A stretch of 64,000 nucleotides of DNA from Lama glama. Taxonomy: Eukaryota. Location: assembly GCA_028534125.1 (NCBI GenBank), contig CM052816.1:52392001-52456000 (forward strand). The letters are read 5' to 3'. Both the position numbers and the translations under genes were made by a program. Below the pieces are notes generated by a model that saw nothing but the letters and a program-made list of their open reading frames with translations, was not told where the DNA came from and did no database searches. Shown in pieces: positions 13,267 to 25,680 of this stretch; positions within the stretch are counted from its first letter, which is position 1; every line of letters begins with the position of its first letter.

Positions 13267-14709
13267 GTTAAATTGATACATATTCTTATACCTAAATATT
13301 TTATTTGAAAAAGGAGATATTTTATTCATGTGTTACATGTACATTTAAATTGAATCATTATGTTTACATTTTTTAAAGATGGAAATGCTTATAGTGTGAT
13401 GTTGTGTGGGAAAAAAGCAGAGAATTCAACTGTAGGTACATTACAATGCCAAATGTGTAGAAAAACACCTAGAAGGACTCAACCCAAAATGTTAGTAACT
13501 GATTATCTGTAGGTGGGAGGATTATGGCTTATTTTTCTTCTTTGTACTTTGTACCTTGCTTATTTTGTACTTTTCAATTTTTTAAACCTAAACATATATT
13601 GTAACAGAAACAAAAATGCATCTTCTCTTACCACCCCTGCAAAAAACTCCAGGCTACAATATGTATAAATCTTCTAGATCAGATCATTAAACCCGATCTT
13701 GATGCATTAGCAATGCATGATTGAGCAAAAGGATGAAACACATTAAGCTAATAAGTGTTATTTTTAATAAAAAGAGATTATCGTAGGATTATTACATTGA
13801 TGAGTCTAGTTTCAAGGCAGAATAACATAAAACACTAACACATTTCTAATCTGTCTTAACTGTAGAATTCACAGTTCTAGAAATAAAAATAAGTAAATAA
13901 TATAAAATTCTGATCATCTTTCAGATTTTTTTTCTAGGAAAAAGAGGTGGGAAAGGACCCCTCAGTTTTTAGCACATTACATCATTTGGTCTAAATGATG
14001 AGAAAACATACCAGTAGGGAAATGGGTACTTCATCAGCATGGAAGATGATAGTAGCACAAATCTAACAACTCTTGGGAATGAGAGTTTGGGGCAGGAGAG
14101 AGAGAGAGAGAGATGTCAGGAAATTAGGAGGCTCCTGGAGGAAGATGAGGGGCAGACAGAGTCTGGCTAGTCCACTGTTTTCCAAATGACCAGTGACTAC
14201 CACATAAGGCTATTGTGAAGGTTTCATGAATTAATTCATGTCATATACTTACCATAGTAGGCAGTCAATAAGAATTAACTACTATCACTATTGATGGTTA
14301 GATCTTTCATTGTAAATTAATGCATTAGCATGGTTGTAGATATGTCAGTCTTCTGTAATTTGGGTTATATGCACATATGTGCCCTAGAGCCCAACCTAAC
14401 CTGCATATCCTAATACACTGAATTTCCAAGTCTATAAAACTAAAGACAAGACACTGGACACACTGATGTTCCACTGGATTACCACCTTATGCAGATCAGA
14501 ACTTTTTAAAGTGAGAAATAAAAAAATTAGCAAATACAAAATGTATATTCCTTGATTCTTAAGTTTAGTGCCAAAAAATTTAATGATAAGGATTTAACTC
14601 TGAAGTTGACCAAATAATTGTAACAGTTTTGTAGATCTTTAGAGGTATAGTGATGTCTGTGTCATATTTGGAGTGGGTAGTATATTTGAATTTCATTAAC
14701 CATGTGTAA

Positions 14710-15297
14710 TATTGGAAAACAACCTTTGAAGTCAGTGATTATTACGTTAGCCAACTAGTGACCTAAGAGTTGAGAAAGAGAGAAGCAGCCCCCAATATCT
14801 GGGAGATGGCCTGGCCCTCACCATTAGGCCATGGTAATATTTCGCAGAATATTAATATTATATAAGACCATGATCGATCAAGACAAAGTAAGACCTCCCC
14901 ATAATCATGTCTGAATACAGACAATATGTGAAACAGTCCAAGCTTCAAAAATACCAAATATCTTCCTGTCCTGGCTAATGTGAGTGCTGCCTCTATTAAT
15001 TAAAGCTTTAGTGTGGGTCTGGTCTTCCCTTTTTCTAAATAAGATATATTAAGATATCTAATCATAGAATTATTCCCACTTCCTAACAGTCTTCAATCCA
15101 GAGCAAATTCCTGCTTCCTTAACTCCCATCCTCCCAAAATCACCTAGCAGAAGTCTAAATCCAATAAGTTTTTTTCCAACATCCCTTTCCTGCAACCTCT
15201 CATAGTTTCCTGTGGTGTTGCCTCTCCCTTCCTGCAATGAGTAATCAGCCCAACTCTAAGTGTATTTCTGATGGTTTCTGGCTGAAGGGCACTGATA
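14710..15297 (+). mobile_element. Old solo LTR (ERV1-class, MER31/MER67-like; subfamily tentative)
   Basis: 3' end resembles a recalled LTR terminus (ctgcaatgagtaat...tggctgaagggcactgata), and the length is LTR-like. Confidence 0.5.
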
Positions 15298-16429
15298 TAA
15301 TTATATATGAAATATATTTACCGATTTCTAATCAGCAGTTCACTGTGGCCTTGACAAAACAGGCAAAAAATTTTATGTTCATGAACTCAGTTTTCAACTT
15401 TTAGTGCCTGCATAGGAATAAAACAATAATCTTACGTGAACTCAAATAGGCCTTTCTTCCAAGTTATTTCACATAAACTTTAACCACAAACTGTTAATCT
15501 CTGATGGCAAGTTCTTGAAGCAGCAATATTCCAAAAGAGAACTAAAGCAGTTACTATGCATTGATTATTGTCATCAACTTTATATGCAAAATTGCTCATA
15601 GCAGCAGCCAAGTCATTGCCCCTTTTTACAAAGCCCTGATTATGAATAATTTTGGTCTTTAGCTCTGAGCCAGACTTACATATCAGTAGTTCTTCCTGGT
15701 GTTAAGATAATTGTTGATTAAATAAGAAAACTCAAGAACACATAATTGATGGCCTACCATCCTTTTGTGCCAAACAGTATTATTTAGTATTGGTTCTTAT
15801 AAGAGCTTTTTCAGTGCTCTAAGGATAGTCACATTTGTAATGTCCACATTGCAATCACTGAAGGTACTTTGAAAGAGTGACAGAGTGTGTACCATTCCAA
15901 ATATCAAAAAGTGCAAATGAGTAGGTTTTGGGGGGTTGGAGGAGTTGGGATCAGTAAACAAGATAACATAAGACAAGCTAATTATTTTATTGACTTCCTG
16001 GTAGTCATAGCTCTAGACGAATTAATGCAAAACGTTTATACTTTCTACATCTTTAGTGAAATGTGGACATGCCTGTTATTTAAGTCAACAAATATCTGTT
16101 GTTTAATTGTTCCTGTTGATAATCTTGGTGCACTCATTGCAAAGTCCTGAAGTGCCTTGTAAATCAAAAAAACACAAAGAAATAGATTTATGAAGGTATG
16201 TGTAATTTTAAGGACAAAGGTATTTTATTACTTTTTTGGGAATTAATAATCCATACAAATTACACAGTGTGACTCACTCCTCAGCTGTTGCGGATAAATG
16301 GAAACTTTCTCTAAATCCACGCTAGTATTCAGTTATAATGTTCTACCCAAACTCTGAGTTTTCCTTAGCTTATTGAAAGTGAAACAGAAGCTTGTTACTA
16401 ATCTATAGTCAGAAAGGCATGCATGTTGA

Positions 16430-17043
16430 ACTGTTTTCTAAACGTAAATGATTATAGTGTGGGCTGTGCATAGTGGCTTCCTTCCAAAGAGTACAGACTG
16501 GAAAGGTGGGGGTGGGGGAAATGGGGAGCAGAGGAAAGTTACTTTCCAGAGGAGAAACCTGAGAAATACTACTTCAGCCAGGTGATCAAGGTCAACAGCT
16601 ACAGAATTATGCTGACACTATATACCCTTGATATGATGTGATGAAAATGGCACTTTACCTCTGTGGTCTTCCTCTCATAAACCCATAATTCAGTCTAATC
16701 ATGAGAAAAATAGCAGATGAAGTTCAATAGTGGGGCATCCTGCAGTATAACAGACCACTCAGTACTCCTCGAGACTGTCAAGGTCATCAAAAATGTGGAG
16801 GAGAGGAGGGTATAGCTTAGTGGTAGAGCACGTGCTTAGCACACATAGGGTCCTGGGTTCATTTCCAAGTACCGCCATTAAAATATATGTATGTGTATAT
16901 TTTTTGAAAGACTGAGAAACTGTCATAGCAAGATGAGCCTAAGGAGACCTGAGAACTAAAAATAATGTGGGATCCTGGAACAGAAAAAAGATAGGTTAAA
17001 AACTAAGAAAATCTGAATAAAGTATGGACTTCAGTTAATGATA
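16430..17043 (+). mobile_element. Old L1 (L1MC/MD-like) 3' UTR, split by a SINE
   Basis: gaaaatggcactttacctctgtggtcttcc...agtctaatcatgagaaaa and aatctgaataaagtatggacttcagttaat motifs. Confidence 0.7.
16797..16900 (+). mobile_element. tRNA-derived SINE (Vic-1-like) inserted in an old L1 3' UTR
   Basis: GAGGGTATAGCTTAGTGGTAGAGCACGTGCTTAGC...GGTCCTGGGTTC. Confidence 0.85.
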
Positions 17044-17063
17044 AGATAGATAGATAGATAGAC
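17040..17063 (+). repeat. (GATA)n microsatellite
   Basis: gataagatagatagatagatagac. Confidence 0.85.
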
Positions 17064-18459
17064 AGTGGTTTTCAATCATCTTGTATCTGTAACATAGTTG
17101 TTTCAGAAAATGTATTAGAGTTAACAGTCTGTGGCTGTGGAACTGAGTAAAGGTAACTAAATTTCTTCTGGTCCTCAGAACAATGGCTGTTTTCTTTGCA
17201 TATCACTGTTTTAACCAACAGAACTAGCCCAGGATGAGACGATTATTTGTAACAAGGATGTTTTCTTCTGAGAAAATGATTTTGGCTGTTTTTCCAGAAA
17301 TACAATTGTTTTAAAAGAAACACATGCTGCTTACAAAAAATACTATCAACTCCAATGGCCAACTACAAATCTAAGAATTACAGGACACATTCTATTTTTG
17401 AGAGCATTGAGTTCCTTATTTTAAAATGTTTATTATAGTAAGGCCAATTAAGAAACAATAAACATTGAGGGAAAAACTACAAATAGTTCAATGTTACATG
17501 CTCCTGGTATTTTCTCCATCCAGGTTATACACAAATGGGAAATAGCTTGTTTACAAATAATATGGTTTTCAGCGTAAAACATTTGGAAATTTGGAAGAAT
17601 TTACTACGATGCTATGTGCTACTATGTAATTTACGTTTCCTAGAATCATCAACAAGATTTGATTACCATTCAAAATAATGAAGCTGTTGATGATTAAAGT
17701 GATGACTAGTTTTGAGAGGGAATAATTTGGCCAAATACTTCAAAATTGGCATGAATTCCTCAAGTGCTCGAAATGCTCAGTCAAAATAATGAGATCTTCC
17801 CTGGAGTGAGTCTTAGCAGTTATTTCTCAAATTACACTAAGGAATTCTTTTTCATTAATATTTGATTTAGTACTACACCTGAAGTACAATTTTCTTCATT
17901 TCAATCATCATATGAAATAATAGAATATTTAATTGGTCAAACCTGAAAACAATCTGCAATAATCCCAATCTATGCATGTTGATGAGAAAAATAATCATTA
18001 ACTCCAAATAGTTGTCACAATGTTATAATTCACTGAATCCTTCACGCCTCTAGGACAAAGACAACTGTTACATTTCTGATTCTCAGTGACTGTAGCACAG
18101 TGCCTTTCTTATAGTACATACTCATGAAATAGTGATATAATAAATCAATAATTTAATGAACAATTTGATTTGTTTGTGAAAGATACTTGAATTTTTGGCA
18201 GCCCGGTTACATTCTTCATATTAAATATTTCTATCTTTTGACAAACACTAATTAATGGTAGAAGCTAAGACCTTAGGTTGTTATGAAAGAAAAATTAAAC
18301 TGTGATAAAAAAATTTTCTGTATATAATCCATAAAATATATAAATCATGCACAGGTAATCAAAAGTTGAATATATAGTGTGACTATACCATGTAAAATAA
18401 AATTAATAGCCAAAAAGTAGGGATGAAATATATTAAATTATTAACTATGGCTATCTTTG

Positions 18460-19572
18460 TTTTTTTGTTTATTTTTTTATTGAAGTATAGTTGATTGCAA
18501 TGTTATGTTAGTTTCAGTGATTTAGTTTTATATATATATGTATATATTCTTTTCATATTCTTTTTCATAATAGGTTATTAGAAGCTGTACAGAGTAGGAC
18601 CTTGTTGTTTACGTATTCTGTACATAGTAATTTGTATCTGCTAACCTCAAACTCCCAATTTATCCCTCCCCCCATTCCCTTTTGGTAACCATAAGTTTAT
18701 TTTCTATGGCTGTGAGTCTGTTTCTGTTTTGCATATACATGCATTTGTATTATTTTTAGATTCCACATATAAATGATATTGTATCATATTTGTGTTTCTC
18801 TGTCTGACTTCACATGCTATGATAATCTGATAATCTCCAGGTCCATCCATGTGGCTGCAGATGGCATTATTTCATTCTTTTTATGGTTAAGTAGTATTCC
18901 ACTATATTATTTTTACACACACACACCCCACAACTTTATCTGGCCATCTGTTGATGGATAGTTAGGTTGTTTCCATGTCTTGACTATTGTAAATAGTGCT
19001 GCTATGAACATTAGGGTGCATGTATCTTTTCAAATTGGAGTATTTTCCAGATATATGCCCAGGTGTGGGATTGCAGGATCATATAGTAAGTCTAGTTTTA
19101 GTTTTTAAAAAAAAACTCCATACTATTTTCCATGGTAGCTGCACCAAATTACATTCTCACCAACAGTGTAAAAGGGTTCCCTTTTCTCCACACTCTCTAG
19201 CATTTATCATCTGTAGACTTTTTAATGATGGCCATTGTGACTGGTGTGAGGTGATAGATATCTCATTGTAGTTTTGATTTGCATTTCTCTGATGATTAGC
19301 GATGGTGAACATTTTTTCATGTACCTATTAGCCATCTGTATGTTTTCATTGTAGAATTGTTTGTTTAGGTCTTCTGCCCATTTTTGTATTAGGTTTTTTG
19401 GTTTTTTGTTATTGAATTATATGAGCTGTTTTTATATTCTTACCAGTTGCATCATTTGCAAATATCTCAGTCCATTGGTTTTTTTCCCTTTCGTTTTTGG
19501 TTTCCTTTGTTGTGCAAAAGCTTATAAATTTAATTAGTTCCCATTTGTTTATTTTTGCTTTTATTTCTATTA
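18460..19572 (-). mobile_element. Comparatively young 5'-truncated L1 (ORF2 3' end, 3' UTR, tail)
   Basis: L1 ORF2 motifs on minus and a T-rich tail at 18460-18480. An 18-bp TSD taactatggct(a/g)tctttg lies at 18442-18459 and 19573-19590. Confidence 0.92.
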
Positions 19573-20199
19573 TAACTATGGCTGTCTTTGAATGATGGAT
19601 TTGTTGGGCTTATGTTCATAATATCTAGAATGAGGGATAACTATATATTTAGTAGATTTTTAGAACATACTGCTTCAACATCATTACATAAGATCTCTGA
19701 ATCACCTAAAATATATTTCAAGTGACATGATGCAATAGGATTTCCCCCTCATTTTCTTTCTCTAAGGCATGTTTTGCCTTCATAAGCAAATTATCCTCTA
19801 CTTACATCTGTTATAGTTTTTTAGGTAAGTATATTTTACATAAATTTCCCCTCATAGTACTATATTTTTAGGGTTATATTGAATTCTAATTTAGTTCCCG
19901 AGGGTATCAGACATCCCACCTAATTTTGTACCTTTAATATATCCAAGCATTTTCACAATTCTTCATCCAAATACCTAATGCATATAATAATCACAAGTAG
20001 TAGCCATTATCATAATCCCAATTCAAAACCATAATTACCATAAGTAGGTAATGCAGTCAGTAAAATTCAGGTCTGAATAGGGTCTAGTTATGAATCTGTC
20101 AGATTTCTATTTTTTCCATTCACTTACACAAAGTGCTCAATATAAAAACTTTTTTCAAAAATGTAATCTTGTTTTCACGTCTAAGCTTAGGTGCAAAAC

Positions 20200-20395
20200 A
20201 TACACATCTTCAAAGCTATGTACATATACATTTTCATATACAAATACATATATTTAATACATATACTATACTTAATACATGTACAAATACATATACAAGT
20301 GTATATGTATTTCCTTTATACTTAATGTCATGTATATATGTATTATACTTAGTATGTCATATTTATTAAAAATAATATATATAAATACATACACT
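20200..20395. repeat. Low-complexity (TA/CA/TG)-rich tract
   Basis: Degenerate tacata/tatgta repeats. Confidence 0.75.
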
Positions 20396-21739
20396 ATCAA
20401 GCCAGCTGCTGGTGAACTCATTCTCCTGCCAGTCACTTCTTAACACTGAAGCCAGGAAAAGTAGTGAAATTCTAATCAGTTGTTTTTTTCTTCAATAAAG
20501 AAATTTTATGAGAGAGAAGGATGAAACAAATGACTAAGATAATCTTTGAGTTATATGAATTAAACTAGATAAGTTATTTTAAAAAGTCAAGGGGAGTTAG
20601 ACTATTGTTAACTCATTCCCACCACTACAAAGATGGATCAGGTTTCTCAAGACTGAGAAAGAGTTTTTAGTGTCTTTCAGGCCTTGGACAGCAACAGAAA
20701 CTACAGGGACCACCCAATGGTGGAGAAACAGAGAACAAGGGCATGTTCTGAAGTCAGTTGGAAAAGTCAGGTGAGACTCATACCTGAAGCCATCTGGGCT
20801 CACAAGACTGCAGCCAGGACCAGGCTCCACAGCAGCACTAGGGGAGGGTCTTCAAACAATGACAACCATGCAACCACTGAGGACAAAAGGCCAGCTCCAA
20901 CCTGTTTTCTGAGCCAGGAGCCCAGAATTCTTGTGTAATCCCAGGGAGGGAAGAGGGAGTTCTCAAATCACTGAGGTTGACTTTCTCCCTTCTCAAAGCG
21001 GATTACATTTGTCTTAGGGAAATAAGGGTCTGTGACTTTTTGTACCCTATCATTTAGTGCTCATTAAGTATGGTTTTTAATCTCTCAATAGAGAAGTTTG
21101 GAATAGCGTAGGAATACTTCCCTCTTTAAGAGCATTCCCAATGACCTTTATTAATATTTTCTACTCCTGGGATGTGGTAGCCAGTCACCTTTAATTTATT
21201 CCTTCAGATTAAGAATAGACTCTAGGGGAAACTAGCTGTATTTTTTCTCCATATGGTATAATTTATTTTAATACTGATTTCATCCCACCTTCATCGGATA
21301 AATAAATCTCAATAGAAACACATAGGTTTTCAGGCCCTTATAACATATATTAAACAAAAACATCCGATATACATCTATTTTGTGCGTTTTTTCAGATTAT
21401 GACACTTTAAAGAGTTTTCCCAGAATTCCATCTGCAATACAGTATAAGAAGACTTAGTAGCTTTCATGTGAGGACTATTCTTGCTATATTCTTGTATTCA
21501 CACAATCCTGCCCTACAGATATTTTTTACTGAATCATGTTGATAAAAATAGGTAATAGGATAATAATCTCAAGTAGAATATTAAATATAATAAAATTATT
21601 ATTTAATAACATTTCCTAATATTCTTTAAATACTAGAAAATCATTCTGAAAAATAATGTTAACACTTAAAGAGAAAAGTTTACCAATTGCTATATAGCAG
21701 TCATGTATTTTGGCTATGATTTTGGTATTACAGGCAATT

Positions 21740-22772
21740 TTCAAATCAATAATTTAAGCTCCTACCTCAAAAAGCTAGAAAAGAAAGAGCAAGAATAAAC
21801 CCAAAGCAAGCAGAAGGAAGGAAATAACGTAGAGCAGAAATCAAAGAAATTGAAAAGAGAAAAAAGTAGTCAATGAAACAAAAAATTGGTTCTTTGAAAA
21901 TACCAATAAATTGACAAACCTCTACCAAGACCAACAGGGACAAAAACAGAGAAGACACAAATTTTCAATATCAGGGATGATACAAATGATATCACTACAA
22001 ACCTCAGAGATATCAAAAGGGTAATAAAAGGGATACTACAGACAACTCTATGCATGTAAGTTTGACAGCTTAGATGAGATAGATCAATTCCTCGAAAAAC
22101 ATGAACTACCACAACTCACCCAATATGAAATAGATCATATGAATAGCATTATAACAATTAAGGAAATTGAGTTCATAGTTTTAAATCTCCAAAAACAGAC
22201 AAACAAGCAAAACCCCCCAAAAACCTCTAGACCCAAATAATTTTGCTGGAGAATTCTACCAAATGTTTAAAGCAGAATTAACATCAATTGTACACAATCT
22301 CTTCTAGAAATTTGAAGAGAAAAGAACACTTCCCAATTCATTTTATAAAGCTAGTATTACCTTAATACTGAAACCAGACAAAGGCAGTACAAAAAAAACA
22401 AACAAACAAACTACAGACCAGTATCCCTTATGAAAATAGACATAAAAATTCTTATCAAAATATTAGCAAATATAATTCAACAATATAAAATAATGCTGTG
22501 ACCAAGTGAGTTTACTTCAGGGATGCAAGGCTGATTCAATATTCAAAAATCAGTCTATGTAATCCACCATATTAACAGACTAATTTTTTTTTAAATCACA
22601 TAATTATTTCTATTGATACAGAAAAAAGCCTTTAACAAAATTCAACATTTGTTCTGGTAAAAACTCTGAAAAACCTGAGAACAGAGGGAAACTTCCCTTC
22701 TTGATAAAGAATACCTACAAAATCTACAGTTAACCTCATATTCAAGGGCAAAAGGCGGAATGCTTTCCCACT
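21740..22772 (+). mobile_element. L1 ORF2 internal fragment (after the endonuclease, into the start of RT), disrupted
   Basis: Nucleotide motifs encoding LKKLEKE, WFFE, FYKASITLILKPDK, ILIKILAN, GMQGxFNI. Confidence 0.9.
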
Positions 22773-23829
22773 ACTTTTGTGTCTTCCAAGACACAGTTGC
22801 CCAAGTGGAAACCATTAAGGAGGAGCCAAACTCAGCTTGCCAACACAATAAAGGTTTTTAAAAAGCCTTTTAACATAGCAGAACTCCTATGTTGATAATA
22901 AGTGTATGAACTCAGAGGACTTCAAGGCTGAAGCAGAACTAATGACTGGAAGTCAGAGAAGATCATTGTCTACCAGTTGCTTTTCATAATTAAGAATTGC
23001 ACTAAGGAAGGAGAAGATGCCAGCCTATGTATAATGCTTCCCTTGAAAACACCCTCACCCTAATTTTAAAAGGTTATAGGCGTATTTGAGTTTGTGATTT
23101 TAGAGGTGCTAAATGTCCTCTTTTTAAAAATAGTTTTTAAAAATATTTTTAAAATAATAAACATGGTGTTTAAAAGACATTATTGGAAAATCTAAATATG
23201 GCCATGAGTGACATCAGTATATTTGGAAATATTTGCCTTTCTCTTTTCTTCCTCAGAGGATTGTCCCTTTTTAAAAACTAGCTTTAAAATGTTAGAACAC
23301 TAGATAGTATTTTACTGTTGACAGAAATATATAGTAAGAAAAACAATGAAAAATGATAATGTTATAAAGATGATTGTATAAACACTAAGATATGTAAAAC
23401 TTTAGATGATTAGTTTCAATAAAGTCCTTAAAGTTCTTAATAAAAAATATGCTTCTTTTGATTAGGTGTCATAATTGATATCAGCCCAGAGTTTTGATCA
23501 AAGATGTCAAAAAACATCTCTCCATGCTGATATGTGTAAATTTAGTTCATTTTAGTTTCTGTATTATTATTTTGTATAATATTTTATATATCCCAATTTA
23601 GCTGTTCTTTATTGATAAATAGGGGTTTATTTCCCACAGTATTGCAATGTTGCAAAGAATATTATTATACAGTCTACTTTTGCAAGAGTTTCTTTAGAGT
23701 TTATAAGTAGAAGTAAAATTGCTGGGCTGTAAGATAAGTGTATTTTCTTTCTTTCCTTGTAATTATTTTCCTATGAAATATATTAAACACAAACACTTAA
23801 AGGATATCATACAATGTCTATATATAATT

Positions 23830-24240
23830 TAAAATACAATACTTAAAGTCATACCAGTGTATCTACTAGATTGCTTAATAATGTTTGGGTTATAAAGGAA
23901 ACAACAGAAAGATATTTCTAAAAACTTTAAATTAATAATAATGAAAACATTTCCTATGAACATTTGTGATTCACATTCACAGTATATACAGGGAAATTTA
24001 TAGCTCTTAATAAGTTTTTGAGGAAACAAGAAGAACTGAAAATGCACACAATAAGCATTCATCTCAAGAAATTGAAAAAGAACAACAAAACACTAAAAAA
24101 AATCAAAATAAGGACAGAAATAATTGAAATGGAATAATAAAAATAATAAAGAAAGTTAACAAATCCAAATCCGTTTTTTGGAAAAGATTAATGTGGTAGA
24201 CCAAGAGAAAAAGTAAAGATACAGGTAGGCAAAATAGGAT
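23830..24240 (+). mobile_element. Diverged L1 ORF2 fragment
   Basis: A-rich, with gggaaatttatagctc...ctcaagaaattgaaaaagaacaac motifs. Confidence 0.55.
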
Positions 24241-25194
24241 ATTTCTCCCAGAAAAGTGTGACTTGCTAAATGGTACTTTTCTCTTAAATTAAAAAAAAAA
24301 AATCCTTAAGATCAAAACAGAATATAAATATCAGTGCCTACTTCCTCGTAAAATGAAGCTTACAACACACGAGTGCCAACCAAACTGACACACAATATGC
24401 TTCCCTGTGAGAGAAGATTTAATTAAACATGGATTAGTGGTTTCCTTGAGAAGTGTAATTGTCAGAAAAGAAAAACATTCAGCTGACTGTGACACTCCTA
24501 TGATGAATCTTTGTCTGAGGCTTTTGCCTGTGTTAAGAAATATTTTAAAAATTACTTTCTACATCAATCAGGTTTGTGGGAGAACATTTTAAAAATAGTG
24601 ACAATTATATGATAATGATAAACCCAATTCTCTACTTCACTTTGATCTGGTATACCTTTCTCCTTTATGTAACACTATCTTTCTTTTTCACTTTCAAAAT
24701 ATCAAGGAACCCAACTTCAGGACATCTTGTATACCTGTATTATTTGCTATTGTTCCCTTCCTTTTTGGCCATGCTTGCTTCTGGTTAGCTTCTAATTCTC
24801 TTGTCCAATCTATTCTTACTCCACAGAGAGCAATAAGATCTTAGCTGAGAGAGAGCCAGAGAATCTTTGACCACTGGTCCTTGGTCCAAAAGAAAATTAT
24901 GATCTCCCCTTTGTAAAAGGAACAACTAGGACCTACACAAGTTATGACTCAGAATCATCCCTTCTTGGTGCAATGCTTCTTTCATTACACATCCTTATGT
25001 TCTTTAATATAAAGCTTCTTATAGTTTTCTTATTGGAAAGATTAAAAAGTGCTCCCAAAGCATGGAGATGCTAAAAGAACATGAAAATATCCATAATTGC
25101 AGTACCCTAAGACAACCAACCTAAATACCTTGATGAGTCCCTCTGGATCCAATCCAGGGAGATTAAAGAAATAAATGTGAAAGATAAGAAATTA

Positions 25195-25680
25195 AAAGAC
25201 TTTAGAAAACTTTTATCCATGATATAGGTAAGGGTTTCTTAAACAAACAATGAAAATTAAAAGGGAGAAGTTTAATAAATTGCACTACATTGAAGTTAAG
25301 AACTTCTGTTCATCAAAAGAAACCACAAAAAAAGTAAAAAAGCCAAACCACAGTGGGAGAGAATGTTTACTACTCAACTGTCACAGGACTAGTGTTCAGA
25401 ATACATAAGAACTCCTATAAATCAATAATTTGAAGCAAAAATACAAGCACTTCATGAAAAACAAAACTCAAATGGTCAACAAACATAAAAAGTTGACTAA
25501 ACTCAGTAACCGAAGAAGTGCAAATTAAAACTACCATGAGGTACTATTACATAACCATTGAACTAAAAAGTCTGGTAATACTAAATTTTACTGAGACTGT
25601 GGAGCAATGGAAGCACTTTTACAGTGATGGATGGCACATCAATTGGTACAATCACTTTAGAAAACAGTATGACAAAACCC
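25195..25680 (+). mobile_element. Diverged L1 (L1ME-like) ORF2 3' fragment
   Basis: aagaacttctgttcatcaaaaga...aagaactcctataaatcaataa...gtgcaaattaaaactacc motifs. Confidence 0.7.
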
